Shown: piece after piece, positions 33,797 through 47,700 of the stretch
How the letters are laid out: every line of letters starts with the position of its first letter
How positions within the stretch are numbered: the stretch's first letter is position 1
Translations under genes and position numbers: made by a program
Assembly: GCA_964016885.1 (NCBI GenBank)
Contig: OZ024742.1
Coordinates: 31,000,001 to 31,064,000 of the forward strand
DNA from: Eledone cirrhosa
Lineage: Eukaryota
DNA: 64,000 nucleotides
Reading direction: 5' to 3'
The notes under the pieces: model-generated
Databases searched by the model: none
Seen by the model: only the letters and a program-made list of their open reading frames with translations
Told to the model about the DNA's origin: nothing

Positions 33797-35435
33797 ACTA
33801 GCAGTGGTACCCGGCGTTGCACGGGATAAGGTATTTTGGAACGTGGGCCGCCAACAGACCTAATCGTGGAAAAACTGCATGCGTGGACAATATGTAAAGA
33901 AAATAAACCGAATACTCTGATGGCTGGATAATCTTTAAGATTTTCCTCGATGAAGCAGGAAAAATGCAGGTTTTCACCTAGGGAATCAAGAAAATAATTT
34001 TTTTTTTATGTGCATAATTTCGGGAAAAATCGGCTAGACGTAACGCCTCCAAAAAGACCTAAAAAGCTGAAAAAATGAAATTTTTCACCTAATGCAGGCC
34101 CTAGGCCATAAAAAAGTTGGATTTTCTTTGCTCACGGTATGAAGAAGAGACTGACTAATACATAGCTACAATTTCAAGGAAATCAGTCAGACGTAACGAT
34201 TCAAAAACCCCATAAAACCTGAAAAAACGCAGTTTTTCAACTAATGCGGGCCCTAGGGGATCAAAAAGTTGAACTTTTTAATGTGCATAACACTCCCTGA
34301 AATATAAGTAATACACATGTAAAGTTTGAAAAAAGTCGGTTGGGTACTTCTCGAGTTTTAGGGATTCAAACTCACAGACACACACACACACACACACAGA
34401 CATCCTCAGGGAAGTGACGTAATGCAGACAGTCAGACATACAGACAGATATTATAAGGGCGCGACGTTATATGTATGTATCTATCTAAAAAGAGAAAGAC
34501 TAAGAATTATAGAGAGAGATTGCTAAATCGCCTAATGCGGTCCCTAGGGCATTGAAAATTTGAAATTGTTTTTGCTCAGAACACTCCCTGAAACATAAGT
34601 ATTACATGTGTAAAATTTGAAAACAGGCGGTTGGGTGGTTCTCAAGTTTTAGGGATTCAAGCTCACACACACACAGACAGACATCCTCAGTTTTATATAT
34701 ATATATATAGATTAGCAGAAAACTACCCTGTAGGCGGTTTTCTGCTAGTCTATATATCTAAAACAGAGAATGTCTGTCTGTCTGTCAGCTCACTAAAACT
34801 TGAGAACCATCCAACCGATTGTTTTCAAACTTTAGACATGTAATACTTATGGTCCTGTGAGTGTTTTGAGCAAAAATTATTTCAAATTTTCAATGCCCTA
34901 GGGACCGCATTAGGCGATTTAGCGTTCTCTCTATATAATTCTTAGTCTTTCTTTTTAGATAGATACATAGATATAACGTTGCGCCCTTATAATATCTGTC
35001 TGTATGTCTGGCTGTCTGCATTACGTCATTATGACGCGCTCAGTGTGTGTGTATATATATATGAATCGTAATGCAGACAGCAAGACATAGCTTTCCTTCC
35101 CCTCTTCCAGCGTCTCTCTCTCTCCCTCCCGCTATCCCCCTCTTGTAGTCTGTCTCTTTCTTTCACTCTCACTCTCTCTCTACGCGTGCGCAAAAAACAT
35201 TCGTACGCGCGCACGTGTTTTAGCGTCTATTCGCTCTCTCTCTCCCTCTCTCCCTCCCGCTATCCCCCTCTCGTAGTCTGTCTCTTTCTTTCACTCTCAC
35301 TCTCTCTCTACGCGTGCGCAAAAAACATTCGCACGCGCGCACGTGTTTCCACTGTCGGACAGACAGAGAAATTGCTGGTTATATATTATAAGGAGACTAG
35401 CAGAAAACCACCCGGTGGGCGGTTTTCTGCTAGCA
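33797..35435. mobile_element. Helentron/HINE-like non-autonomous rolling-circle elements, nested and inverted
   Basis: One terminus is actagcagtggtacccggcgttgcacggg (CTAG plus hairpin); the opposite termini have (GACA)n and tatatag. There are internal subrepeats and ctagcagaaaac..gttttctgctag hairpins at about 34714-34750 and 35397-35433. Confidence 0.65.
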
Positions 35436-35938
35436 ATCTAGTGTATATACTGATATTGTTGAGATTTGGATGAGAAATATTTTCGACACCACATGTTCAC
35501 CGTCTCTCGGTGTGTCTTTTATGCATATATAAATATATATGTTATCTATACGGTGAAATCTTTGAAATAAATATATGTTAAAACGAAAAAGGAGAAAAAG
35601 AGATTAGTGACGGAAATATAAACGTTATGATACATAAACGTTATGATATAACGATGGAAATATATCTTCAAATGGTCCTTGGCATGGTGTCAAGTCAGAA
35701 CCGCCTCGAACTGGTTACTTCTGGATTGTGCAAGGAGTCTCTATAGCAACCAGCGATTCCCTCGGCCTCAGTGACCAAAGTCAGTGGAGAGGGGAAGGTA
35801 ATGTTTCTATAGCGACAGTGTTTCTCTTGGTAGTACCAAAGTGGAGAAAGAAAGGGGAAGGTAATATTTCTGTAGCACCTACATTTGAGTTTTAGGGAAG
35901 GACAGACAGACAGACAAACAGAGAAATGCCCATATATT

Positions 35939-35939
<1 letters not shown>

Positions 35940-36009
<70 letters not shown>

Positions 36010-36035
36010 CACACACAGAAATGTATATATATTTC

Positions 36036-36078
<43 letters not shown>

Positions 36079-36104
36079 CACACACAGAAATGTATATATA
36101 TTTC

Positions 36105-36159
<55 letters not shown>

Positions 36160-36238
36160 CACACACAGAAATGTATATATATTTCTGTGTGTATATATAT
36201 ATATATATATTACACACACAGAAATGTATATATATTTC

Positions 36239-36271
<33 letters not shown>

Positions 36272-36300
36272 TACACACACAGAAATGTATATATATTTCT
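35940..36300. repeat. (TA)n-spaced array of a palindromic unit cacacagaaat(g)tatatatatttctgtgtg
   Basis: About 5 units; more units in both orientations at 36880-37165. Confidence 0.85.
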
Positions 36301-36420
36301 TAGAACAAAATTATTATTAATGTTTTGCTGTTCATAACAATTGGAATTGAAAAATTACTTTTGAAATTATTAGTTATTTTACTCATGCTTAGATATGTAA
36401 AAATAAAGCAATGTTTCTAA

Positions 36421-36610
36421 TAATTGTTTCTACTTTTGGCACAAGGCCAGCAATTACCCAGTACATTACTGGTACTTTATTTTATCGACCCCGTGAGGAT
36501 GAAAGGCAAAGTTAACCTCGGCGGTATTTGAACTCAGACCGTAAAGGGACGTAACTCCATGCTATGAAGCATGGTGTCCGATTCTCTACAGATTCTGCCA
36601 ATCCACCGCC
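36421..36610 (-). mobile_element. tRNA-derived Meta-domain SINE
   Basis: Minus strand: ggcggtggattggcag head, B box gagttcaaatacc, and the gcctttcatcct..ggggtcgataaa..gtacc central domain. Confidence 0.85.
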
Positions 36611-36978
36611 CTAATGTCTGTACGTAATGAGGGAGTGAGAGGGGAGAGAAAGAAAGGCAGAGGTGAAGTGACGAAGTGACTATCTCCACCTCCTCCTCCT
36701 CCTCCTCCTCCTCCTCCTCCTCCTCCTCCTCCTCCTCCCCATTCGTCACAGCGATAGAGGGGAGGAATGTTAGTGTGTTACAAAGAGAAAGAGTGAGAGT
36801 GAGAGAAACAGACAGACTAAAAGAGAGGGATAGCTGGAGAGAGAGAGAGATAGCAACAGATACAGTACAGTAGCTAAGGGATGTATATATATTTCTGTGT
36901 GTATATACATATACATTTCTGTGTGTGTAATATATATATATATACACACAGAAATATATATACATTTCTGTGTGTGTA

Positions 36979-37011
<33 letters not shown>

Positions 37012-37056
37012 AATATATATATATATATTACACACATAGAAATGTATATATATTTC

Positions 37057-37087
<31 letters not shown>

Positions 37088-37179
37088 TACACACACAGAA
37101 ATGTATATATATTTCTGTGTATATATATATATATTACACACACACAGAAATGTATATATGTTTCTGTAGCACTCCTCAA

Positions 37180-37595
37180 TTCCCCCCTCTCTCCCTCCCG
37201 CTATCCCCCTCTTGTAGTCTGTCTCTTTCTTTCACTCTCACTCTCTATCTACGCGTGCGCCAAAAACATTCGCACGCGCGCACCTGTTTTAGCATCTATT
37301 CACTCTCTCTCTCTCCCTCTCTCCCTCCCGCTATCCCCCTCTCGTAGTCTGTCTCTTTCTTTCACTCTCACTCTCTCTCTACGCGTGCGCAAAAAACATT
37401 CGCACGCGCGCACCTGTTTTAGCGTCTATTCACTCTCTCTCTCTCCCTCCCGCTATCCCCCTCTCGTAGTCTGTCTCTTTCTTTCACTCTCACTCTCTCT
37501 CTACGCGTGCGCAAAAAAACATTCGCACGCGCGCACGTGTTTCCACTGTCGGACAGACAGACAGAGAAATTGCTGGTTATATATTATAAGGAGAT
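37180..37595 (+). mobile_element. HINE-like fragment with an internal tandem repeat of about 120 bp
   Basis: Same unit (ctcccgctatccccctc..cgcgtgcgcaaaaaacattcgcacgcgcg) and same end (ggacagacagagaaattgctggttatatattataagg) as 35100-35395. Confidence 0.7.
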
Positions 37596-37894
37596 ATTAG
37601 AAGGATAAGTGACAATAAATATAATGGGGAAGGCAACTTGCAAAGCTGGGGACAGAGCGCAGGTGTAGGGCAGGTTTTCCGTTGTGGGAGCAGTAACATT
37701 TTAAATTTATGAAAATTACCTATTGCTAAGGGCCACCCTAATATACATATATTCGTATGTGGTTGACAGCTGAGAGAAAGGAGTGATATGTATATATATA
37801 TATACTCTCCTTACTATCCTCGCTTTCATATTTTTCCTTGCTCCCCTTTTCTCATTGTATTTGTATATAAACAAGTACAAAGGTACAAGAGAAA

Positions 37895-38405
37895 GGGAGA
37901 GCAATGAGGCAAGGAGAGTAAGGATAAAAGGAGAACAAGGAGGGCAAGGAGAGCAATGAGAGCAATGAGAAAAGGAGAGCAAGGAGAGCAAGGAGAAAAT
38001 GAGAGCAAGGAGGGCACTGAGAAAAGGAGAGCAAGGAGAAAAGGAGAACAAAGAGAGTAAGGAAAGCAAGGAGAGCAAGGAGAGCAAAGAGAGCAAGGTG
38101 AAAAAGAGAGCAAGGAGAGCAATGAGAGCAAGGTGAAAAGGAGAGCAAGGTGAGTAAGGAGAGCAAGGAGAGTACTGAGAAAAGGAGAGCAAGGAGAAAA
38201 GGAGAGCAAGGTGAAAAGGAGAGCAAGGAGAGGAAGGAAAAAAGGAGAGCAATGAGAAAAGGAGAGCAAGGAGAGTAAGGAGAGCAAGGAGCAAAGGAGA
38301 GCAAGGTAAAACGGAGAGCAATGAGAAAAGGAGAGCAAGGAGAGTAAAGCGAAAAGGAGAGCAAGGAGAGGAAGGAGAAAAGGAGAGCAATGAGAAAAGA
38401 AGAGC
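37895..38405. repeat. Purine-rich degenerate 9-mer repeat (aaggagagc)n
   Basis: Direct inspection; it accounts for the Leu/Ser-rich minus-strand ORFs. Confidence 0.9.
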
Positions 38406-38420
38406 ACCTATATATACACA

Positions 38421-38609
38421 CGAGGGTCGGCTAAAAGGTTCATAGGCTGATCAAGATACTCTCATGGAATGACCAAATGAGGTTTATGTTACAAAATAGT
38501 CCCTGGAGAGAAACAATGCAGTTATTAATAAGAAAAGTTGAAATTAATGCATGCAAGATTTCACAGCTCTCCTTCATAGTTAGTCTATAAGCTTTTCAAC
38601 CGACTCTCG
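38421..38609. mobile_element. Mariner-type MITE, copy 2 (opposite orientation)
   Basis: TIRs cgagggtcggctaaaaggttcatag / ctataagcttttcaaccgactctcg. Confidence 0.8.
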
Positions 38610-38655
38610 TGATGAAAATTCTAGTAGTTTTATTAAGCCACCGTAGTTTTATTAA

Positions 38656-38875
38656 GCGGTGGATTGGCAGTATCGGTAGAGCGTCAGACACCATACTTTG
38701 CAGCATAGAGTTATGGCCCTTCGTGATCTGAATTCAAATCCCGCCAAGGTTAACTTTGCCTTTCATCCTTACGGAGTCGATAAAATAAAGCACCAGTAAC
38801 GCACTGGGGTCGATTTAATCGACTTTCCCCTCCCCCAAATTACTGGCCTTGTACCTATACTAGAAATCGTTATTA
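38656..38875 (+). mobile_element. tRNA-derived Meta-domain SINE, full length
   Basis: A and B boxes, gcctttcatccttacggagtcgataaaataaagcacc, and a flanking duplication tattaagccaccg at 38631 and 38871. Confidence 0.85.
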
Positions 38876-39289
38876 AGCCACCGAAAAGCTCAATATCAAT
38901 ATTTATTGGAAGATATTGGGTTCATTTCCTCATAGTGACAAATGTCAACTTCTTTTTCCGTCTTTTAAGGGTGTTCACCCTATTTTATAAGCATTTCTGC
39001 CCTTGAGCACTTTCTTTATACTAATATATAAATCTAATTTCAAAGTGAATAGACCGGAACGTTTTTTCTCTAAGAGTTCCTGCTTTCCCTTATGAAATGT
39101 AACTTAACGACATAGTTTGTTTTAGGCCTTAGTTTTGTTTTTCTTGTCAAGTAGCTAAGAATACCTGTATTCCAGTGTTCCCATTCTCTAAATTCTACAG
39201 CTGTCTACAGAAAAGAAAAAAGGAATTTTCTACCATTGAAACTCTCCGAATAATCGTATTTAAGACTATTCAACAGAATTCGTAATATA

Positions 39290-40050
39290 ATCAGCTTGTC
39301 TCCCCACAGCCCCGGCGGACAGGATGGAGAAGGTGTTTCCCCGGAGGACGGCAAGGGAGAAGGGCTGGAAAAGCCACTCCAACTCGCGGGGCTCACACCT
39401 GCGGCTGCCAGCTCAGTGCCTATGGTGGTGAGTAGGGAGGTAGCCATAGGGCCGAGGACACCAGAAGTCTCCACTGCCAAACCGCAAACCTGTCAGAGAG
39501 CGACCGGTATTTGAGGAGTTTGACCTCCTCAGCCCGACGTGCAGCAGAACCTGGGTTAGTCGCAGACTGCACCAGGTTGCGGCTGCAGAAAGTGTCGGTG
39601 CAAGTGGCATCCCAGACGAGGGGTTTGCCACTGCGGAACAGGAAGATGGTCATGCCATCTGGCCTTTTGTCGTCCCCTCGGTCCAGCCCCACCGGCTCGA
39701 GCTGGGAAGGTAAGCCTGCAGCATCCAAGCCATGCTTTATGACCTCTTTGAGGGCAGCATGGCGTGGAAGGCGGCCGGCACTGTGGTGACAGGAAAGCGG
39801 GTGGAGGCCGAAAGAGTCCTCGGTGGATCCGCAGCGACATTAGTGTAGCTCGCAGAACAGGAGGCCGAGCCTCAAGGAAACGCCGATGCACAGGCTATTG
39901 TTGTCTAGCTGCGTGCCAGTGGAGAAGGAGGGCAGGGCATGGAGCCAGGCACCACTGTGGGGTTTGGAGGCCGCACGAAAACAGGCAAGGTTGTGCTGGT
40001 CGAGCTGGCGCGTGAGCCAGCCTGAGGCCAGGCTTCACTGGATGGCATCC
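39290..40050 (-). mobile_element. CRE-like RLE LINE 3' fragment
   Basis: RHAALK, LEPVGLDRGDDKRPDGMT..GKPLVWDATCTDTF, KLLKY, AVETSGVLGP. Confidence 0.85.
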
Positions 40051-40444
40051 TTATAGTCTGAGTTCCTTATAGTCTGACGAAGGGAGTTTTAAGTCCCGAA
40101 ATATTAGGACGACTGAAACAACAAAAACACAAACAAAGATTACCAGTTAATTAACTTTATGGTTACCTTCATTTTACTTTCGACTTTGTATTGTTTAGAC
40201 TTCTTACATATATCACTTTCCACATTATATATTATATACAATGCTTCAAGCAAACTTCAACATTTTATTATAGATACATAAACCACAGCCACTGCAGTCT
40301 CTATTTAACTATTATGTGTGTACTCTGAACATTGAGATGCAGTTTCAAAACTGCAAACTTACTGATTCATTGAATGAGTCATGGCCGGAGATAGCTGAAA
40401 TAACATCAGTGACTTTTGTAAACACTGTATAAACATTTATTAGT

Positions 40445-40745
40445 GACATGTTCTCCGCCTCCAACTTAGTCGCTTCGGTCACAAACCCCGGTACCGTGGC
40501 TCGCCTTGCAGAGGAAAGGAAGATGAAAGAATACCGGGGATTGTCCGGCTGCTTCCCCTTCGCACCGGTCGCCGTCGATACATCAGGCGTACTTGGACCC
40601 CATAAAGTCGAGCTCCTCCGCAAGATCGGAACGTCGGCGGCCCGTCTGAGGAAGGGACCCGTGAGGTGGGGTGGCTGTTGCAGCGAGTGTCGCTGGCCAT
40701 TGTCCGCGGGAATGCTTTTGCGGCCTTGTCCATGGGACGCAGCCC
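40445..40745 (+). mobile_element. CRE-like RLE LINE 3' fragment (second, divergent orientation)
   Basis: SNLVASVTNPGTVARLAEERKMKEY..FAPVAVDTSGVLGP, homologous to the 39290-40050 piece. Confidence 0.8.
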
Positions 40746-41700
40746 CTTTACAGCTGCACCCTAGGCCCAGAGCCCAATCAGCCCCCTCCCCATTCTTCTG
40801 TGACACTAGAGTCCTTGCCATTTCCCCTCTTTTCCTCTTTTTAAAAATATTTTTCTACTTTACATTCCATTCTTTCTTCCCAATCTAAATTTTTGTTTTC
40901 TATTAAACTGTATTTACATGATATATTCCATAAATAAATATATTAAATAACTGTGAAACTAGAGAGAGACATGACTGACGGTGGATGTTGTGACAGAAGT
41001 CTGCCGATCCTTATGCTGGGTCAATGACTTCAAGTTTGGCCTCCTACCTTACCACGTGCTTTCATTGTAATATCTGTATTTCCTTCTGGGGAAGCTCATC
41101 TGATAACGGACACTTCTTGTGTTTACAAACATACAAAAGCACGTAAATATTTATAGCATACATATATACATACGTATATTTATATGTAGCGAAATCTGTC
41201 CACATCTTGACCCCTGGGCGACATTTAACTGTCATTTTCTGGCTTATCTCCTTTCGGGGGTAAACAAGTCTGAGAGTAGACGACCAGGGGACAGAGGAAG
41301 CGACAGATATAAATAGCCTGTCTTAGATAAAGCGGTAAGGAGTTCGAAGCGCTTCTTGATAGAGTAAATATGTGAACTATTGCTTCCCACAGACCCCTTG
41401 GGGCCTTACAGACTCTTGCTTTGTCTCTCTCTCTGTCACCCAATCTCTATCTCTTGGTCTCTCTCTTAACTAAGTTCATGAAGTTCTCTTGGTAAATACA
41501 ATTTAATTCTATTTTTACAAACAAACAAATAACGTCCATAATTCTTGTCTGTATTTCGTATAGCTCCGGCGTGAGTTATTTTCAATAAATTAATAATATA
41601 ACGGTTTCGTGTCACTGTGGTTCATTTATATATATTAATTTTCAGTGTGATCAAGGAACTATCATGTCATCATCATCTAATTGAACACTTACTTACCTGC

Positions 41701-44700
41701 ACACAGGCAAACTCTGGCCACACTGTGTCACGCAACAGTGACTACATGACACAGCAAAGTACAAGACATGTAAATTCTGGTCGCACTGTATCACACAACA
41801 GTGACCACATGACACAGCAAGCTACAAGATATACAACCTCTGGTCACACTGTATCACACAACAGTGACCACATGACACAGCAAAGTACAAGACATGTAAA
41901 CTCTGGTCACACTGTATCACACAACAGTGACCACATGGCACAGCAAGCTACAAGACATACAACCTTTGGTCACACTGTATCACACAGTAGTGACCACATG
42001 ACACAGCAAGCTACAAGACATGTAAACTCTGGTCACACTGTATCACACAACAGTGACTACATGACACAGCAAAGTACAAGACATGTAACCTCTGGTCACA
42101 CTGTATCACACAGTAGTGACCACATGACACAGCAAGCTACAAGACATGTAACCTCAGGTCACACTGTATCACACAACAGTGATCACATGACACAGCAAGC
42201 TACAAGACATACAACCTCTGGTCACACTGTATCACACAGTAGTGACCACATGACACAGCAAGCTACAAGACATGTAACCTCTGGTCACACTGTATCTCAC
42301 AACAATGACCACATGACACAGCAAGCTACAAGACATGTAACCTCTGGTCACACTGTATCACACAACAGTGACCACATGACACAGCAAGCTAGAAGACATA
42401 TAACCTCTGGTCACACTGTATCACACAGTAGTGACCACATGACACAGCAAGCTACAAGACATACAACCTCTGGTCACACTGTATCACACAACAGTGACCA
42501 CATGACACAGCAAGCTACAAGACATGTAATCTCTGGTCACACTGTATCTCACAACAGTGACCACATGACACAGCAAGCTACAAGACATGTAACCTCTGGT
42601 CACACTCTATCAGACAACAGTGACCACATGACACAGCAAGCTACAAGACATGTAACCACTGGTCACACTGTATCACACAACAGTGACCACATGACACAGC
42701 AAGCTACAAGACATACAACCTCTGGTCACACTGTATCACACAGTAGTGACCACACGACACAGCATCTACAAGAAATGTCACCTCTGGTCACACTGTATCA
42801 CACAACAGTGACGACATGACACAGCAAGCTACAAGACATGTAACCTCTGGTCACACTGTATCACACAATAGTGACCACATGACACAGCAAGTTACAAGTC
42901 ATACAATCTCTGGTCACACTGTATCTCACAACAGTGACCACATGACACAGCAAGCTACAAGACATACGACCTCTGGTCACACTGTATCACACAGTAGTGA
43001 CCACACGACTCAGCAAGCTACAAGACATGTAACCTCTGGTCAAACTGTATCTCACAACAGTGACCAGATGACAGAGCAAGCTACAAGACATGTAACCTCT
43101 GGTCACACTGTATCTCACAACAATGACCACATGACACAGCAAGCTACAAGACATGTAACCTCTGGTCACACTGTATCACACAATAGTGACCACATGACAC
43201 AGCAAGCTACAAGACATGCAACCTCTGGTCACATTGTATCACACAACAGTGACCACATGACACAGCAAGCTACAAGACATACAAACTCTGGTCACACAGT
43301 ATCACACAACAGTGACCACATGACACAGCAAGTTACAAGTCATACAACCTCTGGTCACACTGTATCTCACAACAGTGACCACATGACACAGCAAGCTACA
43401 AGACATACAACCTCTGGTCACAGTGTATCACACAGTAGTGACCACACGACTCAGCAAGCTACAAGACATGTAACCTCTGGTCACACTGTATCTCACAATA
43501 GTGACCACATGACACAGCAAGCTACAAGACATGTAACCTCTGGTCACACTGTATATCACAAAAGTGACCACATGACACAGCAAGCTACAAGACATACAAC
43601 CTCTGGTCACACTGTATCACAGAGTAGTGACCACACGACTCAGCAAGCTACAAGACATGTAACCTCTGGTCACACTGTATCACACAACAATGACCACATG
43701 ACACAGCAAGCTACAAGACATGTAACCTCTGGTCACATTGTATCACACAACAGTGACCACATGACACAGCAAGCTACAAGACATGTACCCTCTGGTCACA
43801 CTGTATCTCACAAAAGAGACCACATGACACAGCAAGTTACAAGACATGTAACCTCTGGTCACACTGTCTCACACAACAGTGACCGCATGACACAGAAAGC
43901 TACAAAATATACAACCTCTGGTCACACTGTATCACACAACAGTGACCACATGACACAGCAAAGTACAAGACATGTAAACTCTGGTCACACTGTATCACAC
44001 AACAGTGACCACATGGCACAGCAAGCTACAAGACATGTAACCTCTGGTCACACTGTATCACACAATAGTGACCACATGACACAGCAAGCTACAAGACATG
44101 CAACCTCTGGTCACATTGTATCACACAACAGTGACCACATGACACAGCAAGTTACAAGTCATACAATCTCTGGTCACACTGTATCTCACAACAGTGACCA
44201 CATGACACAGCAAGCTACATTACATACGACCTCTGGTCACACTGTATCACACAGTAGTGACCACACGACTCAGCAAGCTACAAGACATGTAACCTCTGGT
44301 CAAACTGTATCTCACAACAGTGACCACATGACACAGCAAGCTACAAGACATGTAACCTCTGGTCACACTGTATCACACAATAGTGACCACATGACACAGC
44401 AAGCTACAAGACATGCAACCTCTGGTCACATTGTATCACACAACAGTGACCACATGATACAGCAAGCTACAAGACATACAAACTCTGGTCACACTGTATC
44501 ACACAACAGTGACCACATGACACAGCAAGTTACAAGTCATACAACCTCTGGTCACACTGTATCTCACAACAGTGACCACATGACACAGCAAGCTACAAGA
44601 CATACAACCTCTGGTCACACTGTATCACACAGTAGTGACCACACGACTCAGCAAGCTACAAGACATGTAACCACTGGTCACACTGTATCTCACAACAGTG

Positions 44701-47700
44701 ACCACATGACACAGCAAGCTACAAGACATGTAACCTCTGGTCACACTGTATATCACAAAAGTGACCACATGACACAGCAAGCTACAAGACATACAACCTC
44801 TGGTCACACTGTATCACAGAGTAGTGACCACACGACTCAGCAAGCTACAAGACATGTAACCTCTGGTCACACTGTATCTCACAACAATGACCACATGACA
44901 CAGCAAGCTACAAGACATGTAACCTCTGGTCACATTGTATCACACAACAGTGACCACATGACACAGCAAGCTACAAGACATGTAACCTCTGGTCACACTG
45001 TATCTCACAAAAGTGACCACATGACACAGCAAGCTACAAGACATACAACCGCTGGTCACACTGTATCACAGAGTAGTGACCACACGACTCAGCAAGCTAC
45101 AAGACATGTAACCTCTGGTCACACTGTATCTCACAACAATGACCACATGACACAGCAAGCTACAAGACATGTAACCTCTGGTCACACTGTATCACACAAC
45201 AGTGACCACATGACACAGCAAGCTACAAGACATGTAACCTCTGGTCACACTGTATCACACAACAGTGACCACATGACACAGCAAGCTACAAGACATGTAC
45301 CCTCTGGTCACACTGTATCTCACAACAGTGACCACATGACACAGCAAGTTACAAGACATGTAACCTCTGGTCACACTGTATCACACAACAGTGACCGCAT
45401 GACACAGAAAGCTACAAAATATACAACCTCTGGTCACACTGTATCACACAACAGTGACCACATGACACAGCAAGCTACAAGACATGTAATCTCTGGTCAC
45501 ACTGTATCACACAGTAGTGACCACATGACACAGCAAGCTAGAAGACATATAACCTCTGGTCACACTGTATCACACAGTAGTGACCACATGACACAGAAAG
45601 CTACAAGACATGTAACCTCTGGTCACACTGTATCTCACAACAGTGACCACATGACACAGCAAGCTACAAGACATGTAACCTCTGGTAACACTGTATCACA
45701 AAACAGTGACCACATGACACAGCAAGCTACAAGACATGTAACCTCTGGTCACACTGTATCACACAACAGTGACCACATGACACAGCAAGCTAGAAGACAT
45801 ATAACCTCTGGTCACACTGTATCACACAGTAGTGACCACATGACACAGAAAGCTACAAGACATACAACCTCTGGTCACACTGTATCACACAACAGTGACC
45901 ACATGACACAGCAAGCTACAAGACATGTAACCTCTGGTCATACTGTATCTCACAACAGTGACCACATGACACAGCAAGCTACAAGACATACAACCTCTGG
46001 TCACAATGTATCACACACAGTGACCACATGACACAGCATGCTACAAGACATGTAATCACTGGTCACAATGTATCTCACAACAGTGACCACATGACACAGC
46101 AAGCTACAAGACATGTAACCACTGGTCACACTGTATCTCACAACAGTGACCACATGACACAGCAAGCTACAAGACATGTAACCTCTGGTCACACTGTATA
46201 TCACAACAGTGACCACATGACACAGGAAGCTATAAGACATACAACCTCTGGTCACACTGTACACATAGTAGTGACCACACGACTCAGCAAGCTACAACAC
46301 ATGTAACCTCTGGTCACACAGTATCTTACAACAGTGACCACATGACACAGCAAGCTACAATACATGTAACCTCTGGTCACAATGTATCACAAAACAGTGA
46401 CCACATGACACATCAAGCTACAAGACATGTAACCTCTGGTCACACTGTATCACACAACAGTGACCGCATGACACACAAAGCTACAAAATATACAACCTCT
46501 GGTCACACTGTATCACACAACAGTGACCACATGACACAGCAAGCTACAAGACATGTAACCTCTGGTCACACTGTATCACACAACAGTGACCACATGACAC
46601 AGCAAGCTAGAAGACATATAACCTCTGGTCACACTGTATCACACAGTAGTGACCACATGACACAGCAAGCTACAAGACATGTAACCTCTGGTCACACTCT
46701 ATCAGACAACAGTGACCACATGACACAGCAAGCTACAAGACATGTAACCTCTGGTCACAGTGTATCACACAACAGTGACCACATGACACAGCAAGCTACA
46801 AGACATACAACCTCTGGTTACACTGTATCACACAACAGTGACCACATGACACAGCAAGTTACAAGTCATACAATCTCCGGTCACACTGTATCTCACAACA
46901 GTGACCACATGACACAGCAAGCTACAAGACATACCACCTCTGGTCACACTGTATCACACAGTAGTGACCACACGACTCAGCAAGCTACAAGACATGTAAC
47001 CTCTGGTCAAACTGTATCTCACAACAGTGACCAGATGACACAGCAAGCTACAAGACATGTAACTTCTGGTCACACTGTATCTCACAACAATGACCACATG
47101 ACACAGCAAGCTACAAGACATGTAACCTCTGGTCACACTGTATCACACAACAGTGACCACATGACACAGCAAGGTACAAGACATGTAAACTCTGGTCACA
47201 CTGTATCACACAACAGTGACCACATGACACAGCAAGCTACAAGACATGTACCCTCTGGTCACACTGTATCTCACAACAGTGACCACATGACACAGCAAGT
47301 TACAAGACATGTAACCTCTGGTCACACGGTATCACACAACAGTGACCGCATGACACAGAAAGCTACAATATATACAACCTCTGGTCACACTGTATCACAC
47401 AACAGTGACCACATGACACAGCAAGCTACAAGTCATACAATCTCTGGTCACACTGTATCACACAGTAGTGACCACATGACACAGCAAGCTAGAAGACATA
47501 TAACCTCTGGTCACACTGTATCACACAGTAGTGACCACACGACACAGCAAGCTACAAGACATGTAACCTCTGGTCAAACTGTATCTCACAACAGTGACCA
47601 GATGACACAGCAAGCTACAAGACATGTAACCTCTGGTCACACTGTATCTCACAACAATGACCACATTACACAGCAAGCTACAAGACATGCAACCTCTGGT

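Noticed and set aside
41760-41830. RAG/Transib RSS heptamer or nuclear-receptor response element in the satellite unit
   Set aside because: Only partial matches (aacagtg, tggtca/tgacca), with no nonamer and non-canonical spacing.
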